IMG/VR virus record: IMGVR_UViG_3300002026_000045
Location: 32,001 to 96,000 of that record
Length of the DNA: 64,000 nt
Strand: one strand, 5' to 3'
Source: a virus
The position numbers were made by a program, and so were the translations under genes. Below the pieces are notes generated by a model, which did not search any database, was not told where the DNA came from, and saw only the letters and a program-made list of their open reading frames with translations. Of this stretch, positions 8,507 to 17,996 are shown piece after piece (positions within the stretch are counted from its first letter, which is position 1; each line of letters begins with the position of its first letter).

Positions 8507-9222
8507 TTTTTTACTTCAACTGTCTGTATATGAGCGACCCACCGGATTGTTTTCCCAGTTTCGCCTTTAACCCAAATGCGTAATGCACCAGTTGAAACGT
8601 CAACATCAGCAGTAACGTCCCATAGAGGTGTATCTTCAGTAACTATTGTTTTGTTAAGCTTGCCTATTAGTGCTACACTAGAGACAAATGGTCCACGGTC
8701 AACACCGCCACGCAAATCATACACTGCACCCTCTGATCCTGAGTCTGTGCGTCGTCCAATAATTGATATAGAAAATGAAGTAGTTGAATTGGCTGGTATT
8801 AAAAGCCTAGCCATGCTGCTGTTAAGAAATAATTCAGTAAATGATTGGGTTGTAGTTATATTACGAGCCACATAGCTACCAATTTGCGCATCACCAGAGG
8901 CCGTAAACACTCCAGCACTTTGAACAACTGAGCCTGGCGCATGAGCATACGCTCCGTTTCCTAATGCTATTGCATCTTGTGCCCCAGATACAGGAAGCAC
9001 AGTTGGGTTCCCATTTTCTGCATATAACTTGAGTGCTACCGAACCGCCGCCACTTGTGGGAATAAAAATTGGACGGCCGTGAGGTGTAACACCGTCGCTA
9101 ATTCTTAATTCACCTGTATCTTCGTGATAAAACAATCTCCCCTGGTCACCAACATATTCAGTCGCTGGTTTTTTAACACGGCTACTGAATATTTGATGAG
9201 TTATGTTTGGATCGTTAAACAT
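8503..9222 (-). CDS. Virion structural protein (tail-fibre-associated N-terminal motif)
   Basis: GRLFYHEDTGELRISDGVTPHG motif typical of fibre N-termini; beta-rich C-terminus. Confidence 0.55.
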   Translation of the reverse strand: MFNDPNITHQIFSSRVKKPATEYVGDQGRLFYHEDTGELRISDGVTPHGRPIFIPTSGGGSVALKLYAENGNPTVLPVSGAQDAIALGNGAYAHAPGSVVQSAGVFTASGDAQIGSYVARNITTTQSFTELFLNSSMARLLIPANSTTSFSISIIGRRTDSGSEGAVYDLRGGVDRGPFVSSVALIGKLNKTIVTEDTPLWDVTADVDVSTGALRIWVKGETGKTIRWVAHIQTVEVKN

Positions 9223-9225
9223 AAA

Positions 9226-9558
9226 TTACTCATCCATCGGACCATCATCAAACATCTCTGACATTGTTAATTGTTTCTTTAACTCGTCTGCTTGTGATGG
9301 ATCAGTGCGTTGAGCTGGGCCACCTTGTTCTTGAGATTGTGACAACGTCTCATCTTTAAGTGGCACCCCAGATAATTTCTTCATCATTTCAATTTTTGCT
9401 TGCAATGGTGGGACAAATACATCATCGCGATCCATCGGATTTTCGTCGTCAGTAGTATTAATTTGCTCAGATTCTGAATTATTTTGAAGTTTAGCGTCAA
9501 TTTTCTGATCAATGAAATCAGACAGGTAACGCAAAAATTCTACTTCCATTAATGCCAT
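9226..9558 (-). CDS. Hypothetical late protein
   Basis: AGGAG RBS and TAAATA upstream. Confidence 0.6.
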   Translation of the reverse strand: MALMEVEFLRYLSDFIDQKIDAKLQNNSESEQINTTDDENPMDRDDVFVPPLQAKIEMMKKLSGVPLKDETLSQSQEQGGPAQRTDPSQADELKKQLTMSEMFDDGPMDE

Positions 9559-9602
9559 TTAAATCTCCTAATGCTTTTGTATATTTAGCGCAAATGAAAA
9601 AA

Positions 9603-10070
9603 CTAAACTTTAAACAGATCTTGAGTTTTAAACCAAATAGACTGACTGTACATTTCACCAAGTGGTATTCCAAATTCAGCTAGACGATCTTTGAATTTGT
9701 AAAAATCCCCAGTATGCAACAAAATATTGTCAAGCGGAGCCTCTTGCTGCTCCTTGGTACACGAAATCCATTGGTGCTGATGCGACATTTCGTGTGCCAA
9801 TATAAGTATAAACCATTGTATACAGTATAGAGTGTTAGAGATTTTTATCTTACCAGCCCCGTCATCCAACGCATGAAACCATCCCCATTCATTCATTGTT
9901 CGTAGATTTATTGGTAATGAGGGCAAAGTATTGTCAAATACTGCCTCGTTAAGTAACTGAAAAATTTCAGTTATTTGGTTACGGGTTGGACGGTAATTAC
10001 CTCTCCGTTGCACAGTTTTGCTTGGCAACGGAGTTTGCATTAAGGAGAGTAGGGTAAGTGCTGGCGTCAC
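9603..10070 (-). CDS. SprT-like zinc metalloprotease
   Basis: LNEAVF..LP, LAHEMSH (HExxH), downstream H..F. Confidence 0.75.
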   Translation of the reverse strand: MTPALTLLSLMQTPLPSKTVQRRGNYRPTRNQITEIFQLLNEAVFDNTLPSLPINLRTMNEWGWFHALDDGAGKIKISNTLYCIQWFILILAHEMSHQHQWISCTKEQQEAPLDNILLHTGDFYKFKDRLAEFGIPLGEMYSQSIWFKTQDLFKV

Positions 10071-10360
10071 TCATTATTTATAGATTCTACGGCCCAATCA
10101 TGTTCCTCGCACATGCCATGTTTCTTTTCAAAAAATACAATAGTGCCCGGTTGAGCAGCACACCCCCAACCTATAGTGTCACAAATTCGACTTTTATAAG
10201 CTGAATTTTTATTCCAAGGATGCCCAACTATTTTAACTTGGTTTTTGCAGTTACAGCAGCAACGCCCTTCACTGTTGCCGTCGCCACTTGCCCAGCCATC
10301 AAAACATTTGTCAGAATTTACCACAATCAACCTCGACCAATTCAGCAGTGCCAGCATCAA
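10067..10360 (-). CDS. Cys-rich hypothetical protein (start uncertain)
   Basis: CCCNC, GWGC, HGMCEEH; fits the minus-strand gene array. Confidence 0.5.
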   Translation of the reverse strand: MMLALLNWSRLIVVNSDKCFDGWASGDGNSEGRCCCNCKNQVKIVGHPWNKNSAYKSRICDTIGWGCAAQPGTIVFFEKKHGMCEEHDWAVESINNE

Positions 10361-11087
10361 GGTCAGCCTTTACTCCCATAACATAATCTTTTACTGCCAT
10401 ACGTTCTTCGTCAGTGCCGTAGAACGACAATTCCCACATGATGCCTTCAATTGCTTCTTGAAAAGAATATTCTCTGTCGCAGCTAACAAGCATTTTCAAT
10501 TCGGATATCTCTTTACCTTTGTTCCATTCTTCTTGTATTTCAAACTGTTGGTTAAGTTTAATTGGCAATCCAAGCAAAGACACCAAATCGCTAAAATCAA
10601 GTCCCCATTGAATACGGGTTCCTTTTTTATACATTACCCAGTCGCTGCCGTCTTCTGTTTTATCTTCCTTAAGAATAAACCCTTTTCCATGGAAATCAGG
10701 GCGTCCAAGACCACTAATTGTAGTAACCCCTTCATAAGTGAACAAGTCAGCACCCCAATACAATTCCAAAAATTCAATACCATCAGGATCGTATTCTTGT
10801 GTGAGCTTAATTTCGGTTTGATCAATTTTAGCCCAGCTTTTCAACAGTTGACTCACAAAGCAATTAGTAAATATGATGTCACTTACTTCTTTAGTTTTGT
10901 TCAAAAACAAAAACACGTCATTGAGAGTTACATCGTCATCAAACGAAACTGTTTGATCACGTTTGTGTATCCATTGATAATCAGTGATGTCATGCTGCAC
11001 GTACTGCCCAACACCTGCTTCCTCATCATACACCCAGTCATTGTAAATTACAATGCCACCTTTTTTAAATTCTAACGATGTGCTCAT
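10311..11087 (-). CDS. Hypothetical protein
   Basis: 258-aa ORF with AAGGA RBS. Confidence 0.7.
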   Translation of the reverse strand: MSTSLEFKKGGIVIYNDWVYDEEAGVGQYVQHDITDYQWIHKRDQTVSFDDDVTLNDVFLFLNKTKEVSDIIFTNCFVSQLLKSWAKIDQTEIKLTQEYDPDGIEFLELYWGADLFTYEGVTTISGLGRPDFHGKGFILKEDKTEDGSDWVMYKKGTRIQWGLDFSDLVSLLGLPIKLNQQFEIQEEWNKGKEISELKMLVSCDREYSFQEAIEGIMWELSFYGTDEERMAVKDYVMGVKADLDAGTAELVEVDCGKF

Positions 11088-11096
11088 TTTGTTCCT

Positions 11097-11645
11097 TTAT
11101 TTTTCTGGAAATTTAACTTGATTATTGATTACTGGGAGACCATAATTGTTCAATGGTACATGCATACCATAATAAGATCCATAGATGCTTGACCGCATTT
11201 CGCCGTTTGTAATTGCTTCTTTAGCACAGTGTATGCATACATAATGCCCATTCCAAGAACCGTGCGTACAAAATCTCATTTGGTCAATTACACCTTCTGA
11301 CATTCTAATACTTTTAAACGAAACTACTTTTTCCTTACATATATCACATGTATTTTTGATGTTATAATTATCTTTGCGCTGAAACCCAATGAAGTCTTTC
11401 TTCTCTTGAATTTTATCAAGACGTTTTACTAAACACGATGGGCATACACATTTGCCATACCCAACTCCAACAGATGGCTTGTTTGTTGTTTTGTCATTCC
11501 AAATATCAAAATATGAAAACGGTAATTTAACACCGCAGTCAATACAACGTGGGGGCGTAATATGATATTTGAAATAATTTGATACGTTATGCCACCTATA
11601 CCTGTACAACCAATTTGGTATGTCAATTGTAAAATTTACTTTCAT
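11097..11645 (-). CDS. Zinc-finger-like hypothetical protein
   Basis: Four CxxC pairs. Confidence 0.6.
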   Translation of the reverse strand: MKVNFTIDIPNWLYRYRWHNVSNYFKYHITPPRCIDCGVKLPFSYFDIWNDKTTNKPSVGVGYGKCVCPSCLVKRLDKIQEKKDFIGFQRKDNYNIKNTCDICKEKVVSFKSIRMSEGVIDQMRFCTHGSWNGHYVCIHCAKEAITNGEMRSSIYGSYYGMHVPLNNYGLPVINNQVKFPEK

Positions 11646-12224
11646 TTATTTCAACCATTTTTGTGTGATGCGCAATGCTCTTAACATTTCTATGCTTCCA
11701 AAGCCAGTGTCTGGATCAACTAACACAATGTTGTCTTCCATGTACCCATGATCTTGATTCCAAAATTTGCTTGTATGGTCCAAACTAATCCCAGAATCTG
11801 GGTCATCTAAAATCATAAATCGTTTGATTTCAGGATGCCTCATAATCCATTCGTGAATTTCTGATGCTCTTGCACAAAATGGTGTATACCCTGAGCTATA
11901 ACAACCGTAAGTATTCCCTGACATAACAATTGTCTTCCAATCCTTATGTAAGGTAAGTGGTAGTCCGTTTTGCTCAAACAAATCGTAAAAACACGATTCT
12001 TTAGAGTAGTATTTTCTCCAAGATGAACTAATTACTACTTCAAAATCTCGTGTCTCGTGCAGCAAAATCCACAAGTGCTTAAACCGCTCACACATGTGCC
12101 AGTACGATAATGATTCACCCATTTCAAAGTCACCAGGGTATGGTTTACGCTGACTTGGATGATATTGAATAACTGCGTCAGGGAAAGCAGGGCCGTCTAA
12201 ATCTAAAAAAATAATGTTTGTCAT
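11646..12224 (-). CDS. HAD-superfamily phosphatase (RNA-repair-type HAD)
   Basis: IIFLDLDG, VISSSWR, RASEI..W, ILDD. Confidence 0.8.
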   Translation of the reverse strand: MTNIIFLDLDGPAFPDAVIQYHPSQRKPYPGDFEMGESLSYWHMCERFKHLWILLHETRDFEVVISSSWRKYYSKESCFYDLFEQNGLPLTLHKDWKTIVMSGNTYGCYSSGYTPFCARASEIHEWIMRHPEIKRFMILDDPDSGISLDHTSKFWNQDHGYMEDNIVLVDPDTGFGSIEMLRALRITQKWLK

Positions 12225-12254
12225 ACGTCAAGTATAGCATAAAATTTTGTAAAT

Positions 12255-12665
12255 TCAAAGCCAATTGAGTGAAAACCATGCAGCATCTTTCTCATTTGTA
12301 AATGCTGCATACATTTGGTCTGTCCCGCCTATTTCGTTAAATTCGTCGTTACCGTTATTGTTCCATGTTCGATGAATGTCAGTTCTGTAATGCCTAATAT
12401 CATTATCTTTCATCCATTCGTCTAACGTCGAGTGAAATTTCCGGTAATTTTCATTGAACAATGTTCCGATCTTGCTATCATACGGGCATTTAACAATAAC
12501 AGCATATCCAACATAAAAGTGTTTGATATCATTTGCCCTACGATGTACTCTAGTGTCATACGCCCAATTATACTCTTGCTCAGTCTTGAATCCGCGAATT
12601 TGCCATTCCTTTTTACCTAACAAGCGAAGTATAATTGACAGCATTATGTAGCCAATGCTCCCCAC
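12255..12665 (-). CDS. Hypothetical protein, C-terminal F...DA.WF.L.W family
   Basis: Ends FTNEKDAAWFSLNWL. Confidence 0.6.
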   Translation of the reverse strand: MGSIGYIMLSIILRLLGKKEWQIRGFKTEQEYNWAYDTRVHRRANDIKHFYVGYAVIVKCPYDSKIGTLFNENYRKFHSTLDEWMKDNDIRHYRTDIHRTWNNNGNDEFNEIGGTDQMYAAFTNEKDAAWFSLNWL

Positions 12666-13063
12666 ATATCCAATTTTTCTTTTGCTGCTTCAGCGCGAGC
12701 AAACGCTCTGTTTTTCTCTGCACGGGCAGAATCTAAATCACGATTTAAATGCCTTACTTGCGAGTCTAATTTCTCAATATGAGATTGTGTGTCAGCCAAC
12801 AATTGAATTACTGTTCTATTTTCAAGACGTGTAATTTCTTTTTGCATTTCGTCCATTGTTGCTTCATTTTCAGAAAGTTGCATTTCATTAGCGTCTAATC
12901 TTTCTTTAGCAACATCTAAATCGTCACCGAACACTAATCTATATGCCGCAGCATCCGCGGCCATATCTATTAGCCTTGCCACAATGGGATTAGAGTGTAA
13001 GTTGTTTATCCACAAATATTGTATAAATTCAGAATCTGACAATTTGCATTGACTCATTGACAT
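12644..13063 (-). CDS. Coiled-coil hypothetical protein
   Basis: Heptad-rich 139-aa ORF. Confidence 0.6.
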   Translation of the reverse strand: MSMSQCKLSDSEFIQYLWINNLHSNPIVARLIDMAADAAAYRLVFGDDLDVAKERLDANEMQLSENEATMDEMQKEITRLENRTVIQLLADTQSHIEKLDSQVRHLNRDLDSARAEKNRAFARAEAAKEKLDMWGALAT

Positions 13064-13064
13064 G

Positions 13065-13310
13065 TTAGCTTCTCCATCGCAAGGTAGCTAGCGTTGCATC
13101 TGCTGGTGATCTAACAAACAAATTAACGTACCTGTGGCTAGTTACTAAGAAAGGAGTTTTGACTGCCCATTTCTTTTTACGCTTTTGGTTGTGCAGACCT
13201 TTTGGAATTGCTGGTCCGATATTGTCAACACACCAAGTGATTACGCGATCACGGCACTGATTGATAGACTCATCGTTCACTCTTACTTCTATTTTAATCA
13301 TTAGTTGCAA
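13065..13310 (-). CDS. Hypothetical protein, same small family
   Basis: WCVDNIG; ends DATLATLRWRS. Confidence 0.55.
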   Translation of the reverse strand: MQLMIKIEVRVNDESINQCRDRVITWCVDNIGPAIPKGLHNQKRKKKWAVKTPFLVTSHRYVNLFVRSPADATLATLRWRS

Positions 13311-13517
13311 TCATTTTCTGTTAAAATCTAATTCCGTTGGTTCGCATTGCAGCAAATGTGAGTCAATTGGTGTAGGGTAATCCACTAAGTACACTCTAAG
13401 TCTATACCCAGACAACCCAACATGATCAACTGTATAGATATTTCCGTTGTATTGAACTTGCGTTCCAGGGCGAAATATTTGCATATACATTAGCGGGATC
13501 TTTCTGTCAGTGTTCAT
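13311..13517 (-). CDS. Hypothetical protein
   Basis: Tightly packed ORF. Confidence 0.55.
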   Translation of the reverse strand: MNTDRKIPLMYMQIFRPGTQVQYNGNIYTVDHVGLSGYRLRVYLVDYPTPIDSHLLQCEPTELDFNRK

Positions 13518-13806
13518 CTTTTGCGTACAAATAAAATACAGTTAAGTATTTATTGTATGCTTCTGCAACAGCAGTGCTGATTTCACGAGCCTTAACATGT
13601 TTGTCGTGTTCTTCAACAATGGCTGACAATTGTTGAAGATTTGCGAGCGGCAACTCTGCTGACACAGTTGACGGCTCAGTTACAACGGCATGGTAAGAGC
13701 TCCCATACCCAGTTAAAACAGGCGTTGACTTAGGGTAAGATATATTTACGGAAATAAAGTATTTCCTGCAAAACTTGTCCACTGGTGGTTCAACGAGATG
13801 ACTCAT
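13507..13806 (-). CDS. Hypothetical protein
   Basis: Tightly packed ORF. Confidence 0.55.
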   Translation of the reverse strand: MSHLVEPPVDKFCRKYFISVNISYPKSTPVLTGYGSSYHAVVTEPSTVSAELPLANLQQLSAIVEEHDKHVKAREISTAVAEAYNKYLTVFYLYAKDEH

Positions 13807-14206
13807 TTAATAATCCTGAAACTCTATTTGCAAAATCAATAACGCCATCCATGTTTTCAGCAATTGCATCATACCCATGCATGTATGCATTATTGTATGC
13901 TTGTTCATAGCAAAGCTTAAACAGATCAGGGCGCAACTCATTATACTCTAACAGCATAGAGTCAAACCATATAGTTGCGGCTGCCATCGCCAAAGATTCT
14001 TGCTCTTGCTTAAATTTTTCTGCTGCTTCTTCTGTAATAGGATCAGCAACTTTTTCAAACATTTTAGAATGAAGTATTGCTTCTTCCTCAGACTCAAATC
14101 TAGTTGCTTGCCCATCTCTGTAAGCATACCATGAATATGATACAGGTGGGGGCTCAGCACACTCGACATAGTTTGCTTTATTGCAAGCTTCTTCCCACGT
14201 AATCAT
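13790..14206 (-). CDS. Hypothetical protein
   Basis: Tightly packed ORF. Confidence 0.6.
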   Translation of the reverse strand: MITWEEACNKANYVECAEPPPVSYSWYAYRDGQATRFESEEEAILHSKMFEKVADPITEEAAEKFKQEQESLAMAAATIWFDSMLLEYNELRPDLFKLCYEQAYNNAYMHGYDAIAENMDGVIDFANRVSGLLNESSR

Positions 14207-14535
14207 TGACCTGCCCTAACTAACGCAAGTAGAATATCAAACTTCTCTTTTGCATCCTTTAACCCAGGATGATTATTGCAAAGTTCTGTCAGTTTAGCTT
14301 CTTCAACCATTTTTTCTTTAACCCACGCAATAGCAGCACGAGTATCAGCATCAAGTTGAACCATTTGTGATGTGGTGTAATTAGTTGATACCACACCAGT
14401 GTGATCAACTATTTTAACTGCGTTAATACTGCCATCCCACACCATTGTTCCAGACAATGCCGGCAAGGTTGTATAAGTCGCATGCTCCATTCCTGCCCCA
14501 GTGATAATAGTGTTAATCATAGTTTGTTTGATCAA
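14203..14535 (-). CDS. Hypothetical protein
   Basis: Tightly packed ORF. Confidence 0.55.
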   Translation of the reverse strand: MIKQTMINTIITGAGMEHATYTTLPALSGTMVWDGSINAVKIVDHTGVVSTNYTTSQMVQLDADTRAAIAWVKEKMVEEAKLTELCNNHPGLKDAKEKFDILLALVRAGQ

Positions 14536-14746
14536 TACGAGATGGAGAGAATTCCTGTTTGTAAAAATCTACAAACTCTTGCATTTCTTTAATAATAGTA
14601 ACTACATCATTTTTTGTCAAAAATATTCGATTGCTAATCTTATCATCACCATCTACATTAGCAAAATCAATATATGGCATATTTGTGCATGCCCATTTGA
14701 TTCTAAACTCTCTGTCTTTACTTAGCTTAGTCATCATTATGTTCAC
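14513..14746 (-). CDS. Hypothetical protein
   Basis: Tightly packed ORF. Confidence 0.5.
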   Translation of the reverse strand: MNIMMTKLSKDREFRIKWACTNMPYIDFANVDGDDKISNRIFLTKNDVVTIIKEMQEFVDFYKQEFSPSRIDQTNYD

Positions 14747-14921
14747 ACACTACTTCAACTGTGCCGTCAAAAATGTAACCAACTCCGCGCAGCCATTCTT
14801 CAAATCGTGGCAGCAATTCATCCCATGTTTGCTCACCAACAATTGTGTGTTTAATTTCACGACCTGGCCCAAAGTTATCTGTTTCGGTGTCAGTCATAAT
14901 AAATTCGTATTTAATTGTCAT
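14727..14921 (-). CDS. Hypothetical protein
   Basis: GGAG RBS; FEEWLRGVGY motif. Confidence 0.55.
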   Translation of the reverse strand: MTIKYEFIMTDTETDNFGPGREIKHTIVGEQTWDELLPRFEEWLRGVGYIFDGTVEVVCEHNDD

Positions 14922-15201
14922 TTGTGATCTCCGGTGTATTGCGCAATGCTTCCATAATTCTAACTTCTTCCTCGTATTTTTCTTTGAGTGTTCGAACTAC
15001 AATAAGCGCGTCCCTGGCTACGGTAGCACAAGAATCAGCACGACCATATTCTCCATAAAGCACAATGTCACCCAACGCATTGATTGCGTGGGCGACAGCT
15101 TCTTCAAGTGGGGGGCCTGTATTTTGCTCAGCTTCTTCTTCTGGAGTTTCTTGGTTCATTTTCTCCAAGATATCCTTCATTTTATCTAGCATGTCACTCA
15201 T
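14911..15201 (-). CDS. Hypothetical protein
   Basis: GGAAGG RBS; 96-aa ORF. Confidence 0.55.
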   Translation of the reverse strand: MSDMLDKMKDILEKMNQETPEEEAEQNTGPPLEEAVAHAINALGDIVLYGEYGRADSCATVARDALIVVRTLKEKYEEEVRIMEALRNTPEITNDN

Positions 15202-15270
15202 TTTTTACCTTCCAGTGTAATAAACAATACACAGTATACGTTATATCTAAAGTAACTGCAACTTATTTGA

Positions 15271-15582
15271 TTAAACTTGGATGTTTACTATTGCACTTTG
15301 TTCTTGCTGTTGTTTAATAAAACGCTGCACATCTTTATATATTTGCAAGGATGCTTCAGATGGAATTTGAAGTTCAACTTCATGAGTTACCGAATTTGTG
15401 TACTTCATTACAGTAACCGGAGGGTCTTTACTCATTTCATAAGTTCTATTAATTTGAGCAGGCGACCGATTTATGTCAGGCGACACTTTTTCAACTGCCA
15501 ACGTTGCTGGTGACAGTTTATTGATTATGTGATTAACTAATGTTGCTGCATTTGGTGCAGTAGGTATTTGGTTTAATTGCAT
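15271..15582 (-). CDS. flaG: FlaG-like flagellar protein
   Basis: TVMKYTNSVTHEVELQIPSEASLQI resembles FlaG VVKV.D..TGEVIRQIPSEE.L; directly after flagellin; GGAGG RBS. Confidence 0.7.
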   Translation of the reverse strand: MQLNQIPTAPNAATLVNHIINKLSPATLAVEKVSPDINRSPAQINRTYEMSKDPPVTVMKYTNSVTHEVELQIPSEASLQIYKDVQRFIKQQQEQSAIVNIQV

Positions 15583-15601
15583 GTTGCACCTCCATTAAAT
15601 T

Positions 15602-15624
15602 AGTGGCCAGTAATACTGGCCACT
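15602..15624 (-). terminator. GC-rich hairpin between flagellin and flaG (terminator/attenuator or mRNA stabiliser)
   Basis: Inverted repeat AGTGGCCAGTA-a-TACTGGCCACT. Confidence 0.6.
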
Positions 15625-15629
15625 TTTAC

Positions 15630-16451
15630 TTATCTAATTAAACTAAGCAAATATTGTGGGAATTGATTGACAATTCCTAACGTAGACGACATGAGTTGTT
15701 GCCTGCTTTGTAGCAATGACAATTGATTTGACAATTCTGCAACATCAGCGTCCTCAATTGAAGAAATTGAACTCTTTAGTGAGAGCTGAGTTGTAGCAAC
15801 ATTTTCAGCAGTCTTTTTCAATCCTGAAATCTGAGAGCCAATAATTGCCTGGTTTGTTCCAACAGTAGCAGAGGCAGTGTCAAGAGCAGTCATTGCGGCA
15901 GCCGCTTTTGTCGCGTCAGTAAGATCGATTGTGGCAGCATCAATATTCAAAGTAGCGCCGTCTGATTTTGCAGTAGCAATTGTTCTTGTATCACCAGAGT
16001 TGATGCCAGTTTGAATGTCTACGGATGCAGCCGCAGCACCAATTAAATTTTGACCAAACAATTTTGCACTGTTAGCAGTATTGTCTAATTGTTTTTGCAG
16101 TTCAGCAAAAGAACTTTGCAGTGCTGTGCGTTGATCTGCAGATAACAACGATGATGATGCTTGCGTAGCCAAATCCTTCATCTGTGTAATGATAGACTGC
16201 TGGGAGTCTAATGCGCCGTCAGCAACAGACAATAACGATTGTCCTGCACTAATATTCTTAGTTACAGCATTGTAACTTGATTGCTGCATTTTAAGAGATG
16301 ACAAGATAGCCATACCTGCAGGGTCGTCAGATGCAGACAAAATACGCTTGCCAGAACTAATCTGTGCAGATACTTTTTGTAATTGAGTAGCGTTGTCGTT
16401 TAAATTGCGAGCAATAGACGAAGCTAATGTGTTGGAGTTTAGTGATAACAT
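15630..16451 (-). CDS. fliC: Flagellin (minimal D0/D1, 273 aa)
   Basis: ISSGKRILSASDDPAGMAI, DQRTALQSSFAEL, C-terminal SSIEDADVAE...NQFPQYLLSLIR. Confidence 0.92.
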   Translation of the reverse strand: MLSLNSNTLASSIARNLNDNATQLQKVSAQISSGKRILSASDDPAGMAILSSLKMQQSSYNAVTKNISAGQSLLSVADGALDSQQSIITQMKDLATQASSSLLSADQRTALQSSFAELQKQLDNTANSAKLFGQNLIGAAAASVDIQTGINSGDTRTIATAKSDGATLNIDAATIDLTDATKAAAAMTALDTASATVGTNQAIIGSQISGLKKTAENVATTQLSLKSSISSIEDADVAELSNQLSLLQSRQQLMSSTLGIVNQFPQYLLSLIR

Positions 16452-16541
16452 GATGGTTCCTTTAATATAAGAAACCGCATAGTTAAATGTGGCGGATTAT
16501 TACATCCTAATTGATAACAGAAGTTACTCTGTTAAAAATAT

Positions 16542-16868
16542 TTATCCTTCTAATGACAATACTGTAGAAATAAAACCAATTTCGTCATTAAAAGTTATTG
16601 GTGACTGATGAATTAACACTTTGGCAGTCGCTACCTTAACGAGCAACTTTGTAAAAAATTTGCTGAATATTGCAAATTCATCTGGTGGCAATGATTCGTT
16701 TAAATTGTCGCATACATACTCTAATACCTCAGCAATGTTGGCTAATGACGACAATCTAACTGCTTTGGAATTGGATGTAGTCTGAGCAATAAGCAAATGC
16801 TTTTTAATTCCAACAAACAATTGATTAGACAATTGTTGTTTGGACATTTGTTCTTGGTACGCAATCAT
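16542..16868 (-). CDS. fliS: FliS-like flagellin export chaperone
   Basis: AYQ..S..QL..QLF.G...L..A; four-helix pattern; immediately upstream of flagellin. Confidence 0.6.
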   Translation of the reverse strand: MIAYQEQMSKQQLSNQLFVGIKKHLLIAQTTSNSKAVRLSSLANIAEVLEYVCDNLNESLPPDEFAIFSKFFTKLLVKVATAKVLIHQSPITFNDEIGFISTVLSLEG

Positions 16869-17452
16869 AAATTTGCTTCTTCTTCTTGTGTTAAGTAATA
16901 CCCTTTTTCTTCAGCATGGGTATCGCACAACGTTCGTATCCAGCCGCCGCCTCTACTACGACCTACTGCGCCACAAATTTCGCAAGTCACAGATGACATT
17001 GATTCAGCCATTGAGATTAGCCCGTCAGTGAACTCGTTGCCACCGCTAACATAAAACCGCAATGCACCAAATTTCTCTTTGACTTGTGACACTACTACCT
17101 GCTCAACAACTGGTCTAATTTGTGTATCTGGCGCACGTAATAGTAGCTCTTTTTTATATTTCTCTAACGTAGACGGAGGTAATGATAGGTCAGCATAATA
17201 CTCATTAAATGGCCCCCAATCACCTGCTACCGCTGATGCTCTGCGATGCTCTGTTGCAAGATCATATGCGTTAGATTTTACACTTGAGTCAATGTGCCAT
17301 TGAATATTGCTGCATAGCTTGTCAATGATATGATACCAACCATCTTCACAATCAAACCCCCAGCACATACACGTTTCTGTCATGTCTGCATGGCGATTTT
17401 TAAAAAGCAATGGATATTTTGTGCAAAGTTTATTATCTAATTCTGGGCTCAT
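16865..17452 (-). CDS. Conserved phage hypothetical protein
   Basis: DGWY.II..L, QVKEKFGALRFY, CEICG, WIRTLC. Confidence 0.75.
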   Translation of the reverse strand: MSPELDNKLCTKYPLLFKNRHADMTETCMCWGFDCEDGWYHIIDKLCSNIQWHIDSSVKSNAYDLATEHRRASAVAGDWGPFNEYYADLSLPPSTLEKYKKELLLRAPDTQIRPVVEQVVVSQVKEKFGALRFYVSGGNEFTDGLISMAESMSSVTCEICGAVGRSRGGGWIRTLCDTHAEEKGYYLTQEEEANL

Positions 17453-17502
17453 ATTGTTTACCTGTTATTTACAGTTTAACTAATTGTGCAATAATTTGCA
17501 AC

Positions 17503-17760
17503 TTATTCGAACTCATCTGGATACACAATAGCAGAGGGTAAGGCAAGTCTGAATAAAATTGCAACATCTGGGTCTTTAATCCAAAACATATACATGTTAC
17601 CGTATGCTTTTGCCCACCATTTCATAGAGGACTTATATGGCCAGGCTGGCGGCGATGACCACAATTTCCCTTTGCCAATATTTTCACGCAACCATCTAGC
17701 GCCTTCCATGTACTGAATTAAACTATGCAGTATAATAGGCGGAATCTTTTTGGTACTCAT
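17503..17760 (-). CDS. Hypothetical protein, same small family
   Basis: WLRENIG; F.IKDPDVAILFRL. Confidence 0.55.
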   Translation of the reverse strand: MSTKKIPPIILHSLIQYMEGARWLRENIGKGKLWSSPPAWPYKSSMKWWAKAYGNMYMFWIKDPDVAILFRLALPSAIVYPDEFE

Positions 17761-17996
17761 AAAAATTTCTCATCTGGATCAGCGAACGGGCACTCAAACA
17801 TAAACCCTTGGAACTTATCTCCCCAGCCAGCAGCCGTATGCTTTAAATCTGATTTAGTAGGATAGTGGCGCAAAAGTGACGCGGCACGATGCCTAATATG
17901 TTTAGGCAGTCCAGGCGTCACTTTAGAGTCTGCTAAGTTCTTTAAGAAAATTTCAGTCTCTATAACTGCATTTGATCGTTCAAACGGTAGAGTCAT
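17757..17996 (-). CDS. BPSL0761-like protein
   Basis: MTLP.ER.NAV....FL..L....P..IR.RA..LLRHYP. Confidence 0.7.
   Translation of the reverse strand: MTLPFERSNAVIETEIFLKNLADSKVTPGLPKHIRHRAASLLRHYPTKSDLKHTAAGWGDKFQGFMFECPFADPDEKFL

Noticed and set aside
10245-11075. 276-aa plus-strand ORF
   Set aside because: Antisense shadow of 10311..11087; no RBS or motif
16452-16560. Sigma28 promoter for flagellin
   Set aside because: No GCCGATAA-like -10 at the right distance from TAAA; the element fits the phage late motif
15271-16868. Bacterial contamination explaining the flagellar genes
   Set aside because: fliS overlaps the upstream phage ORF (ATGA), composition is similar, and no other flagellar genes are present; a read-level check is still advisable
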